Assembly (NCBI GenBank): GCA_031835245.2
Contig: JAVKOQ020000002.1
Location: 558,001-622,000, forward strand
Length of the DNA stretch: 64,000 nt
Direction: 5' to 3'
From: Balamuthia mandrillaris
Lineage: Eukaryota
Shown one piece after another: positions 22,741 to 34,443 of this stretch. Made by a program: the position numbers and the translations under genes. The stretch's first letter is position 1. Every line of letters starts with the position of its first letter. The notes under the pieces were generated by a model. The model was not told the origin of the DNA. It saw nothing but the letters and a program-made list of their open reading frames with translations, and searched no databases.

Positions 22741-23304
22741 ATGGACAGATGGAAGCGACTGCTCAAGTATCTCTTCTTTGTGGTTGGGTGAGTGTTCTTG
22801 GGCCCTTTTGCTGGCCAGTGATTTTTTTTTGTTAAATTTGTTTGGCTCATGAGCGTTCTTGGCAACGAACCAACAGGGTGGTGGCCTACGGTTACGGCCT
22901 GTGGACCTTCTCCACCTACAAAACCAAGCTGGGGGATGCCGTCTATGTCTCTGAGCGAGCGTTGCTCCCAGGCTACGCCAGCTTTCAGTTTGGGCCAAAG
23001 CACGCTGACCACACTCTCAAGGTCAGCAGGGAATACAACAAAGTGGTGTTTGGTCTCTCTGGCAACGAAACGCTCACTCCACAACAAAGAAGCAGGTACT
23101 CCTTTATTGTGTCTTCTCTCGTTTTTCTCTTATCTGTTCACTCTCTCTGCTTGTCTTCCTTTCTTCTCTTGTCTGCTCTTGTCTGCGTCTTTTCATTTCT
23201 TCTGTGCTTGCAGTCTCTACTACTGCAACTCTTTCCATTACTTTCTCACTCGTATTACTTGTTCGTCTCTCTCTCCCTCCTCTCTCTCCCTCTCCCTCTC
23301 TCTC

Positions 23305-23353
<49 letters not shown>

Positions 23354-24327
23354 CTGAAGACAAACAGCAGAATATCTGGCTAAAACGTTGGAAGAACTTG
23401 GACTTCGTGCACACATCCAAAGCTTTGATGTGGAACAAGGCATTACAAACACAACTACACCACCAGAAATTGGATACAACGTGTACGCCATCTTGCCTTC
23501 TCCGAGAGGTGATGGAACGGATGCTATTGTACTCTCCTCTCGCTATTACAGCAACCAAGGTACTCACCCTCTATTTCTTCTTTTTATTTCTTTCTGTTAC
23601 GGATTTCGTTTGGCCTCTCTCTTTCTCACTCTTTCTCTCTTGCTCCAACACAGAGGAAATAAAAGGAACATATACGACAGGTGTATCCATCGTGCTTGGT
23701 TTATTTAAATTCTTCAATTGTATATCTCGTCTCATCCTTCTTTCTTTTATCCCATGCTACCGTTTTCTCACCCACTTATTCTTTCACTGGCGTGAACAGC
23801 ACAACCATGGCTCAGCAAAGACTTTATTGTACTTTTCACGGATGGCAGACATGGTCAACAAGCCGCTCGCTCTTGGTTGGAAGCCTATCATTCTCGCTTA
23901 GAACTGCAGCAAGGAACACCAGAAGGAGAATTGGAAGGCTTTGAGCGTTCTGGCCACATTGTGGCTGCTTTTTGTCTGGAAGCGAATGGCAAGGGCTTCG
24001 ACTCAGTTACTTATCATCTTGGTATAATATTTCCTTTCTCTGTTTCGTTCTTATCTTCATTTTCTATCAAGCAATTACCTAAAATAACGAATTCAAACAG
24101 AAGGAGCAAATGGACAGCTCCCAAACATGGACTTGTTGGCCGCATCCCAAAAGATCGCCAGAAAAATCGGCATATCACAGCAGCTGCCGCTCAACTACAT
24201 GGATGCATTCCTTCCCGAAAGCCTCAATGCATCTTTGACCATCTACGAGAAAAACCTGTTCAACATGATGACCACCCTTGCCATTGGCGTACCCAGTGGG
24301 GATCACGGGGCCTTTGGCGTGTATGCT

Positions 24328-24362
<35 letters not shown>

Positions 24363-25759
24363 TTTGTTGACGGTCTGTTACCTGTTTTTAAAACTGTTTG
24401 CAGGTATCATGTCGATGCTCTAACCATCGAAGCAATTCCTGGTATACACGCCCAAAAGAAAGCGATTCAAAATCTTTCCAAGTATCGGCTCTCTCTCTCT
24501 CTCTCTCTCTCTCATTTGAAGCGATAATTCAACTAACACCATTACCTCAAAAAAGGTTATTAGAAGGAGTAATGCGCTCTGTTAACAGTATAATAGAGCG
24601 TCTTCATCAATCCTATTACTATTATCTACTTCTTGACTTTAAGACCTACGTTCCTATTGGCTACTACACCCCCACTTTGCTCTATATTGTTGCGCCTGTT
24701 CTCTTACGTGTATCCTTTATCTTCATCTCCCTGTTTCTTGCAACCTTTGCATGTACAGACTTAATTCTAAGGGTTGCTTCAAAAGGGTTTATATTATTAC
24801 TTTTTGACGGAGGAAATTGGGCCTGCAGAACGGTTACGACACCAAATCCAACGACAACAAAGAAAGAGAAAGAACCAGAGTTTGGTTAAAAAAGAGCATG
24901 ACAACAAAGCCAATACGGACTCTACCTCCGACACAGGCGAACAAGCACCACTTCCGCCCGTGGCTAGGCAGTGGTTCAACTCCTATGTGAGTCTTACAGT
25001 TTTGTGCTGCTTGGCCCTCGTTGTCTTTCTGCTTCCTTTCTTTTTGGAGACTGTCATTCCTGACCAACAAACGGTTAGTTATTTCTTTTTGCATTTTGCG
25101 TCGTTTTTCTCTCTGTTGCTCTTTCTAAAATGCTTCTATTTCTTTTTCTTTTCGCTTGATAGATGTTGCGCGTCTGGCTTTCTCTCTCTGCGTTCCTTAT
25201 ATTTTGCGTGATGGCCTTCGTACTACCATACACCGACTCCATTTTCATTGTTCGTCCTTCTTCTTCTCTCAACTCGTCAGACCTCTTTCTTCGAACAGAA
25301 GGAGAATGGGCGTCCATCGGCTGTCTCTCCGGTTCTCTTCTCTTCCTCTTCATCGTTCCTTGCACTTTCATCAACTTTAGCTTCACCGTTCTTCTCGCCA
25401 TCCTCGTTACACCTGTTTACACCATCGTTGATCCAGTTGTTTCCACTTTTCCATCCTCCTCATCCTCTGCACTCTCCAAGTTTAGTTTCTTCTTTTGGAA
25501 TGCCATCAACATATTTCAGCTTCTCGCCATTACTTGCATCTCCCCTGTTGGCTTAGTGGCTGCTTTGGCGTGGTTCTTCTTGGAATGTTCCTTCATGGAA
25601 GCGGTGACCATCATCTTGGATCAGTTCAAGGTGCATTCCACGTTGACATATCCGGTGTTGGTGCTATTGTTGCTGCCTTCCGTCCTTCTTCTGTACAAAA
25701 GCCAGGTCGCTTTTTTGCTTCACAACTTCAACTTGTCTCGGCAGAAGAGCACTCAATGA
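22741..25759 (+). CDS. GPAA1: GPI transamidase subunit GPAA1/Gaa1
   Basis: VYVSERALLPG, GYNVYAILPSPRGDGTDAIVL, QPWLSKDFIVLFTDG, GANGQLPNMDL, LLEGVMRSVNSIIERLHQSYYYYLL, C-terminal multi-TM region. Confidence 0.92.
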
Positions 25760-25769
25760 AGTTTCCTTT

Positions 25770-25802
<33 letters not shown>

Positions 25803-25830
25803 CGTTCTCTCTATGATGCTATTTGGTTTA

Positions 25831-27237
25831 TCACTGCTTCTTCTGCTTGCCATATTTCAGGATAGTGTCTTGACTGGCAGGACAAGGCGGCTCTGCTTCC
25901 TCCAACATCCACTGCAACATCTCCCAACGGGCTAACTGGAGGGCCTTGTGACTAGTGCTCTCATCCCAAGGACACGGCGGATCCGCTTCCTCCCTCATCC
26001 ATCGAAGCAGCTGCAAGTTATTCGCAGAGATAGCAGCATTGCATGTGTCCACTCCCCAAGGAAACTCCACCTCTAAACGAAGATACCGCAGTGTCTCCAA
26101 GTGACCACCTTGAGCGGCGGCTGTGCAAATGGCGGTCGGTTGAAAGAAGCAGTCCTCCACCAGGTCTGCTCCCTTTTGTTGGTACAACCAACGAAGCACC
26201 TCCGTGTGACCCCTCTCCGCTGCGAATCCGGCTGCAAAGGAGCTCCATGGACAGCCGTTGGCATACACCCATTTCAGCAAGTGCAAATGGCCAGCAGAGG
26301 CTGCCGTGTCGAAGGCCTGCCACTGGTCCAACTCTCCGCCATGAGCCAGCAGCCATTGCACCATGTTCAAGTCGCCAGCTTCCACCGCCTGGGAACAAGC
26401 GTACGTGTCGCCCTCCTTGACACGAGCGCCGAGGCTGTACATCCACTCGACCACGTCGAGGCGGCCACCCTGCGCTGCGCACGAGTACAGGTAGTCGTCT
26501 TTGGTGAGGTCGTAGCCTTTCTCTTCCACTGCCCACCGAAGAACGTGAAAGTGTCCTTTCCTGGCCGCGTGCCTGGTCAATAGCAACATGCTCACTTCCA
26601 ACTTCTCTCCCTGCTGTTTCCTTTGGAGCTCCTCTGCTTGTTCTTTCATCCATTGCAACACCCCCAGCTGCCCACCAGAGGCAGCGCAGGCGACCGTGTG
26701 TATACGCAGCACCTGAGCAAGGTCATTGAGGTCGCAGGCCACCCAACGGAGGACGTGGATGTGACCGGCCGCGGCTGCCGTCCAGCAGGTCTCCTCATAA
26801 ATGCCGGGCCGTTGGTGCTCGGGGACGCTGCGATAGGCCCATTGCAAAACAGCCAAGTGACCTCCTCTTGCCGCTTCCTTCATGATCTTCTTGAAGTCAG
26901 GGAGAGCTGGTCGAAAAGAGGCTTTGTCGTGGGTCAGCTCCTGCAACAAGTCCAAACGACCGGTGGAGGCGGCCGCCAGGTGGAGGTCCTTTGCGGAGAG
27001 CAAGCCGTTGTCGGTGGCCCACTCCCACAGTTTGGTTTTGCGCTCGCCGTCAGCCTGGCTCGGTGCGTTACCGCCTGGGCTGAAGGAGAGAAAGAACCTC
27101 GCCCCTAGCCGCTTCCGGTGGTGCGGGGGGATGCAGTCACGCCAGCTGTGACAAACTTGGGCCACCAACCCGGCAAGACCGGCAGGCAGCAACTCTTGGA
27201 GGATAAAGCAGAGCAGCTCGTTCGGAAGGTCGTCCAT
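25831..27237 (-). CDS. Intronless F-box + ankyrin-type repeat protein
   Basis: MDDLPNELLCFILQELL..VAQVCHSWR F-box, then repeated AAxGGHLxVLxW / CPW units. Confidence 0.88.
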   Translation of the reverse strand: MDDLPNELLCFILQELLPAGLAGLVAQVCHSWRDCIPPHHRKRLGARFFLSFSPGGNAPSQADGERKTKLWEWATDNGLLSAKDLHLAAASTGRLDLLQELTHDKASFRPALPDFKKIMKEAARGGHLAVLQWAYRSVPEHQRPGIYEETCWTAAAAGHIHVLRWVACDLNDLAQVLRIHTVACAASGGQLGVLQWMKEQAEELQRKQQGEKLEVSMLLLTRHAARKGHFHVLRWAVEEKGYDLTKDDYLYSCAAQGGRLDVVEWMYSLGARVKEGDTYACSQAVEAGDLNMVQWLLAHGGELDQWQAFDTAASAGHLHLLKWVYANGCPWSSFAAGFAAERGHTEVLRWLYQQKGADLVEDCFFQPTAICTAAAQGGHLETLRYLRLEVEFPWGVDTCNAAISANNLQLLRWMREEADPPCPWDESTSHKALQLARWEMLQWMLEEAEPPCPASQDTILKYGKQKKQ

Positions 27238-27512
27238 CAAGGCGGTGCTTTGCCTCAAAAAAAAAAACTGTGGAGGACCGTCGTCGTGTGGAGTTTGTAA
27301 AGGAAAAAAAGAGTAGGCAGAAGAAGCAGGCTGATCCTGGTGTAGAAAACACAAAGCGGCCACGGGAAGGAGACCTTGCAGCTGTTCCAACGCTATTGCG
27401 GCTTACAAGCTGCGTCTTGGAAGAGCTGCAAGGCCTCCTTCTCATGCATACATCTTGTGAGCCCTTCAGTGTAGGGGCTTTGACTTTCCCTGCTCATTCT
27501 CTTGGATCCTTT

Positions 27513-27592
27513 TGGTGGACCCATGGCCACGGCCTGTGGCCCTTCTCCACCCACAAACCCAAGGTCTATGTCTCCGAGCGAGCGTTTGCTCC
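27513..27592 (+). pseudogene. Decayed copy of GPAA1 exon 2
   Basis: tggtgg..acggcctgtggcccttctccacccacaaacccaag-gtctatgtctccgagcgagcgtttgctcc aligns to 22879-22969 with a 12-nt deletion and small indels. Confidence 0.8.
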
Positions 27593-28060
27593 TCCTAGTC
27601 ATGCCTGTTGGGAAGCTGCTTCTTCTTCTTCCCTATCACACAAATAAATTTTGGGAACGATTGAGGCAATGGAATGACCACTTTTCAAAACACAATAACA
27701 GAAGCAACAAAGAAAGGGGTGGGTGATGGCCAGGGCCGTGCAGAGGAAACCCTTCGGCGGAGTGTGGAATGCACCAGCCTCCGCCCTCTCGTGCAGCCTT
27801 TCCTTCGCTATGGGAAGAACTGTCTGCTGTGTTTGGATTTTTGTCGACATAGGTGATCTTCTTTGACCTAAATATGGTAAGTAACCGTTGAAATTTTGAT
27901 TTTTGATTGGCGGTTTGAAATTTTGATCACACCACAAAGGAAGCAAGTTTTGCTTGGCTAGGGCGCTCGACTCGGCTTTTCCGCTGCCTCGCGTTGCAAA
28001 CGTCCCGCAACGACGACGACGACGACGAAGGCATTGGCCAGAACGACGTTCAACCAAATA

Positions 28061-29437
28061 ATGGCACAAGCAAACGCCCATGACTTCTCCCCAATGGAGT
28101 TATATCTGCGTTACGCTCTGGCGGGAGCGCAGTGTTGCATGCTGACGCACACCGTCTTGGTGCCCATTGACGTTGTCAAAACCAGACTTCAGGTTCACTT
28201 TTTGCCCTCTCACTCACTGTTCTCCTCTCTCTCCTTCCCTCTCGCGTTCTCTCTCTCTCTCTCCGGCTAAACTGTTTGTCACACTTTTCAAAACTCACCA
28301 ATAGACAGAGCGTGGTGTCTATCGCGGCATGTTCCACGCATTCAGCGACATAAGCAAGAAGGAAGGCCCGCGAGCGCTCTTCTTGGGGCTCACCCCAACG
28401 GCCGTCGGCTATTCCTTGCAGGGAGCGTGCAAGTTTGGCTTCTACGAGTTCTTCAAGGAGCACGTGGCTGGTTGGGTGGGCAAGGAGAATGCTGCTCGTT
28501 GGCAGCTGCCCATTTACTTGGGGTCGGCTGCCACGGCGGAGGTCATTGGCACGGCGGTGTTGTGTCCCTGGGAGGCGCTCCGTATCAAGAAGGTCAGTCA
28601 GCCCGATTACTGCAGAGGCATTCTTGACGGGCTCATTAAAATTGGCCGGACAGAGGGAATGAACGGGTATCTTTCTCTTCTCTTTTATCTCTCCTCTTTG
28701 CTCATCACTCTTCCCATCCGTTGTTTCTCGTCTTGCTTTTTATGTATATGGTTGTCTTCCTTCTTGCATCTTTCTCTTTCATCTTTTATTTCCTTCGTTT
28801 TTTTTTGATCGCTTTCTCTTCTTTGCTCACAACAACAAACAAGAACAGATACTACAAAGGACTAATACCAATACTCGGCAAGCAAGTGCCCTACACCATG
28901 ACCCAGTTGACGGTCTTCCAATTCACTGTGGACTACATCTACAACACCCTGCTGCCCTCCCTGAGCCACGGGCAGCTTCACAAGCACGATCTCAGCACCA
29001 CCTCCCAACTTTCCGTCAGCCTCTTCAGCGGCATCATTGCTGGTCTTGCCAGTGCGGTCACCAGTCATCCTGCCGACACCCTCCTGTCCCGTGTGAACAT
29101 GACCCGCAAAGAGCAGCACCATCAAACTTCTTCTTCCAACATGGTGATACTGCGGAAAGCGATGCAAGAACTCGGGTTTAGGGGTTTGTGGTTGGGTCTG
29201 GGGACGAGGTGCTTCATGGTAGGGTTGCTTTCTGCTGGCATGTTCTTGATCTATGACTCGGTGAAGGTCATGTGCGGTCTGCCCACCACCTCTGGCATCT
29301 CTGATGGAGGCAAGCACCACAAACAAAAGGAAGAGGAGGAAAGAGGGTTCGCATTGCCGGAGGTACCATTACCTGTTCCGCATGCGAGTTTGTCCGATGT
29401 GAACGATGGTGATAGCGACACCTCTTCTCGTTCCTGA
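28061..29437 (+). CDS. Mitochondrial phosphate carrier (SLC25A3/MIR1/PIC2 family)
   Basis: THTVLVPIDVVKTRLQ, GYSLQGACKFGFYEFFK, LCPWEALRIK, KQVPYTM, SHPADTLLSRVN; C-terminal extension. Confidence 0.93.
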
Positions 29438-29473
29438 TGCTAAACTGTGTTCCTTTCTTTCACCTTGAGACAA

Positions 29474-29526
<53 letters not shown>

Positions 29527-29826
29527 GAGGGGGGAGAAGGCTTGAGGGAGAGAGAACGAAAAGGATAGAAGTAACAAAATGGTTATCACAAAGCAGATTG
29601 CTTCGAGGTTGTTCAACACAAAGACGTTCTGGTCTCAATGAAGCCTCAGCAGGAAAGGTGCAGATGGAAGCTATGGTGCCTGCGCAGAAGTTTTCTGTGT
29701 AGGTGCCATCGGTTTGGACTGAGTTTTCTCTGCCTTGCTTCCCTGGGGAGAGCAGGAGGACCCGGTCCACCTGGGAACCGTTTGGCCAGAGGAAAACGAA
29801 AAAAAAAAGGAACAGAGAACTTGAGG

Positions 29827-29866
<40 letters not shown>

Positions 29867-29883
29867 CCAAAGAACAGAAGAGA

Positions 29884-30238
29884 ATGATAGTAGAGATCGA
29901 GTGCAACCCGAATCCTTGTGGCACCAACGAGAAGGAATTCCAGTTCACGGACGAGGCCATCGCTTGCATCAAGCACTCCGGGCTCAAGCACACCGTGGGA
30001 CCCTTGGGCACCATCATCGAGGGTACGTACAATCACCAAAGAGCAACAATATAACAAAGCAGCATGTTCACAACCAATCTTAGGGGAACCAGAGCAGGTG
30101 TGGGACCTCTTGCGAAGGGTTCACGAGGCGGCGTTGAAAAGCGGGGCCAAAATGGTGAACACCAGCATCAAGATCTTGGAATACGCTGACCGCGAAAAAA
30201 ACCCCTCCATGGATCAACTAACCGCAAAGTGGAAGTGA
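29884..30238 (+). CDS. Thiamine-binding protein, MTH1187/YkoF family (2 exons)
   Basis: MIVEIECNPNPCGT..AIACIKHSGLKHTVGPLGTIIEG|EPEQVWDLLRRVHEA..VNTSIKI. A (CA)n tract (29828-29864) lies just upstream of the ATG. Confidence 0.85.
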
Positions 30239-30400
30239 GGTCTACGGAAGAAAATCAATTTTAAATAAATATTAAAACATCTCATCTCTCGTGCACTAGC
30301 ATCTCTCTTTTCGTGCTACTGCTTTCTTCCCTGTCAGGTTGCAGTCCCTGTGAAGAAAGCAGTAGCACGAAAAGAGAGATATTTCCCTTGTTGTCCTGCT

Positions 30401-30585
30401 TGTTGTCGACAAAAAGAGGGGCCACAAAAACCTGTTGATGTCGACGTGTCCTCTCTCATGTCCATTCCCCCATAGGCCTAGCGGCAAAATCTGTCTAAGC
30501 TGGTTGTCGACAAAAAGGGGGCCTTTTCCACGCGTCGTCTCCCTTGTCCATTGCCGCATCCGCCAGGCGGCAAAATCTGTCTATG
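30401..30585 (+). repeat. Imperfect tandem duplication (~85-100 bp units), intergenic
   Basis: TTGTCGACAAAAAG.GGG..GCC at 30403 and 30504, TGTCCATT in both units, GCGGCAAAATCTGTCTA at 30481 and 30567. Confidence 0.8.
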
Positions 30586-30909
30586 GCATCATATGAGGAG
30601 CAAAGGGGGAAAAAAGGAAAATCGGAGATAGACAAAGAAGAAAGTGACAGAAAGAAAAGGGCAAACTGAGAGAGGAAAACGAAAAGAGGGTGGTTCTTGC
30701 TTGCCCCTCTCCTCTGCCTTTGTTACTGTTTATTTTATTTTATTTTTGCTGCTTTTTTTTTTGGTCGGGCCTTTGTTTCTAAATATTACGTACGGAGGGC
30801 ACACTCTTCTTTTAAAGATTCGTTTTTTATTGAGCGCTCCCTAACGTTACGCACACACAAACAAACAAAAAAAGGAGGTAACGATTGGCTCCACCCCAAA
30901 TAACAAAAA

Positions 30910-32914
30910 ATGATTAGACACTCCACACGGTCTCCATTCGGGTGGATGACCAACATGGTGTTCGTGGGCCGTATGTTTGTGGTGCTGAGCTTGGTGGGCT
31001 CCGTAATGATGTTCTTTGCCATTTGGAACCTCGACTCCCACGAGAGGAGCAACACCCTTGTTGCTGATGTTCAAAAGAGCGAGCTGCAGATGCGTATGTC
31101 ACTCTCCTCTTGCTGCTCTTCTTCTCTCCTGTCACTCCTTCGCTTCGGCACTGGATTGAATGTTCTCTTCTTACTCTCTCCTCATTCCTCTCACCCACTC
31201 TCTTTTCTTCTCGCTCCTCTTTCTTCTCTCTTCTCGTTGCAAATAGGCGATAAGATGGAGGAAATGTTTCACAAGATGGAGGATCTCTCTGCGCAGCTGG
31301 AGACCATCAAAAAGGGCATGACCAACAACTTGTTCCATTACTTCAATGAGAACGAGTGGCCAGATCTATGGGGTACCACGCCCCGGCCCCACTCCTTTGA
31401 CAAAGAGCCCACTGCTGGAAGCACCATTCCGTATTGGTACGTCTCCACCTTCATTTTCAAAGAGCACGCGTTGTGGCTTATTGTTAACGCTCTCGCTTTT
31501 GTTTCACCTTTTCCGTAATAAGGTTGAGAGAGGAGATAAGAAACACGCCAATCGTATATACATTTGTGAATGGTTCCATTCCCGAGTATAGAGAACAGAG
31601 GAAAAAGTATTGCCCCATTTCTCCACCAGAACGTTGCGTTGGTGGTGGCAGAGACAGGTAATTCAGCCTCTCTCTCCTCTCTTATGATCGTTAAACTCAC
31701 TGTTTCATTTATCACAAATCAGAACCAACGACGAATTGCGTTACTCCCTTCGCAGTCTTCAGAAAAACATTCCCTGGCACAAAGGCCATATCTACATCGT
31801 GGCTCCCAAAGACCACCACCCCTATTGGCTCAATGTCTCTCATCCTCGCATCCACATGGTGGATCAGGAGGACCTCTTCCCCGATGATATAAGAGAGCAT
31901 CTTCCGACCTTTAGTTCAACAGCCATCGAACCTCATCTCTGGCGTGCAGTCCCTGAGGGTACTAGGAACTTTATTTACATCAACGACGATTGTTTTATAG
32001 GTCAACCCATGCGTCCTGTTGACTTCTTCACTTCCACTGGCCAGTAAGTCTTTTTCTTACTTCTTTCATTTATTGTATTTTATGTTATTTATTTGTTTAT
32101 TCTTATTATTTGCTTTTGGTCAATCTTTCTCTTGCTTTTTCTGCTAACAACTCATACAAACAGAGGAAACGTATTGTATCTGGAACCGTCAGTAGTGCAC
32201 GCCACCCAAAAGAAATGGGAGGAGTGGAACGAAAAGCATCAAAAGATCTGGTTGGCTGGCGTTTACAAGAGCATCCTTCGCATCAAAGAGCGGTTCCCTG
32301 ATACACCGGGACAACCCACCACGTATCACTTCTTGAAGCATGCGCCATTCGTTATTAACCGAGAAGCTCTTAAGAATATCAGCACGGTATGCACCTCTTC
32401 CTATTTCCTATTTTTTTACTTTAAGGGGCTTCTCTTTTCTGGATTCTCATTCATTGATCCTTTCTGTTTTCGCTCCAATAGATTTGGCATGAAGACTTCA
32501 AGACAACAGCAGCGCATCGGTTCAGGCACACAGACGACGTATTTGCGGTGTGGATGCACACATACTATGTCTACCACACTTTCCCCAAATCTCAATTCAG
32601 AGTGTGGAATGTTGAGGTGAGCTGTTCTTCCCTCCTCTTCTTCCTCAATTTTTATTGTACTTACATCTTTTGCAACAAAACAGAACGGAAAAACAGCAAT
32701 GAAATTGTTTAAAGCGACAGCCAAGGTGGAGGAGTTCCAACAGACGATCGAATGGATACGAGAGAACAAGCCCATCATCTACACCATCAACGACAGCGGC
32801 TACGGCAAGCCCGTCGCGGAGCTCTTCTCTGAATTCATGGAAGCGGAGTTCCCACAGCCCTCCATTTTTGAGCGCCGCGATCAACTGCCAACAACAACTT
32901 CTCCACGTAAATAA
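30910..32914 (+). CDS. Stealth-family hexose-1-phosphoryl transferase, type II membrane protein
   Basis: N-terminal TM, CR1-like PIVYTFVNGS, CR2 NDELRYSLRSLQKNIPW..IYIV..P.WL..PTFSSTAIE..FIYINDD, CR3 HAPF, CR4 TINDS..FPQPSIFE. Confidence 0.9.
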
Positions 32915-33058
32915 CCTTTCTCTCTCTCTCTTTTGTTTATTTTTGTTTTTAAAGTCCGCCACACCGAGAAAAAAATAATAAGAAACTTTATTTATTTTTT
33001 ACACAAGAAGCTTCTTTATGTTTTCGTTTGTGGTTGTGGTTGTGGTTGTGGTTGTTGT

Positions 33059-33178
33059 TCATTCTTTTGGGGGTGATGGCTGTTGAAGAGCGGAGATGAT
33101 GTGCTGTTCGGTGGCGTTGGGCGTTGTGTTGGTGCCAAATCGTTGAAGTGGCTTGCCATCTCTTCCTATCAAGAACTG

Positions 33179-33229
<51 letters not shown>

Positions 33230-34218
33230 AGAAGCATTCTTTCGTTTAGCATACAAAAGACAAAGAGCAGGAAAGAGGGGTGCGGTGACAAGAGGAAGGA
33301 TAAGAACACGAAGATTGCTGGGAACAAACCTTGGTGAAGTTCCATTTGATGTCGGTGGTGCCCAGCACGCCTGGAAGCGTCTCTTTCAGATACTTGAACA
33401 AGGGATGCGTGTTTGGCCCGTTCACCTCCACCTGTTTTTGCAGATATAAAAATCAGCATGTAGTTTCTTCTCTTTCGTTCTCTGCCTCTCTCTCTTCTCT
33501 CTCTCTCTCTCTTGAACCTTGTCGAACACAGGGAAGGTAACAGGGGGCTCAAAGTCCTTGAGAAACAGTTTGATGTCCTCGTTGCTCCCTGGCTCCTGCT
33601 TACCAAACTGGTTGCAAGGAAAGCCCAAGACCACCAACCCTTTTTTTTTCCAAACATCAAACATCAATCACTCTTCAGCGATTCGATCGACAAAAAAAAA
33701 AAATCTGAAAGAAAGAAACACATCGAACCTTGATCTTTGTACTTTTGGTACAATTGCTCCAGCTGCGTGTAGTGGCAGTTGGTGGCGCCGCACAGAGAGG
33801 CCACGTTCACAATGACCAGCACTTTCCCCTTGTACCGAGCCAGGTCCACGGGCTGGCCATCCATGTCCAACACCGTGAAATCATAAATGCTGTTGATGGC
33901 GCCTCCTCTCTCTTGATGATAAGAATGGGCGTGCACGTTGGTCGTGGCTGCGGAGAGAAGAAGAGCGCCCCCTCCAACCACCACCACCGTGCTCGCGCGA
34001 AGCAGGGATGAGGAGGCTGAGGAAAACATCCATCGATTCGTTTTGTGTCTTTGAGGAAGAGCTGCGCGGGTACTGAACGAACGAGGAGGAGGAGAGGGGA
34101 GGGATCGAAAGGAAGAACCAGGACAAGGAGTAAGGAAAGAAGAGCCTCCTCCATGGAAGGCTCTCAGCGAGCAAGTCGACGGCGTGGCGGTGGTACGCAG
34201 GGCTGCTGCTGCTTTCAT
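33059..34218 (-). CDS. Cys-type glutathione peroxidase with N-terminal targeting peptide (4 exons)
   Basis: [38 protein letters not shown]. The catalytic codon is TGC. Confidence 0.94.
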
Positions 34219-34302
34219 TTTTTCTGTATTATTGTCTCTCAAAAGAAGAATGAAGCCAGCGGTGAAGGAGAACAACGAAGGATGAAAGAAAGAGGAGGGA
34301 AG

Positions 34303-34353
<51 letters not shown>

Positions 34354-34361
34354 AACAAAAA

Positions 34362-34398
<37 letters not shown>

Positions 34399-34443
34399 AA
34401 TAAAAAGATCTTTTGGTGTTGTTTTTATTGTTTGGCTGTTCAT

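Noticed and set aside
29700..29790. TPP riboswitch upstream of the thiamine-binding gene (GGTGCC...CTGAG)
   Set aside because: The second half of the consensus (ACCTGAT...TAATNCC..CG) is absent.
33785..33805. Selenocysteine GPx
   Set aside because: The catalytic codon is TGC (Cys), not TGA.
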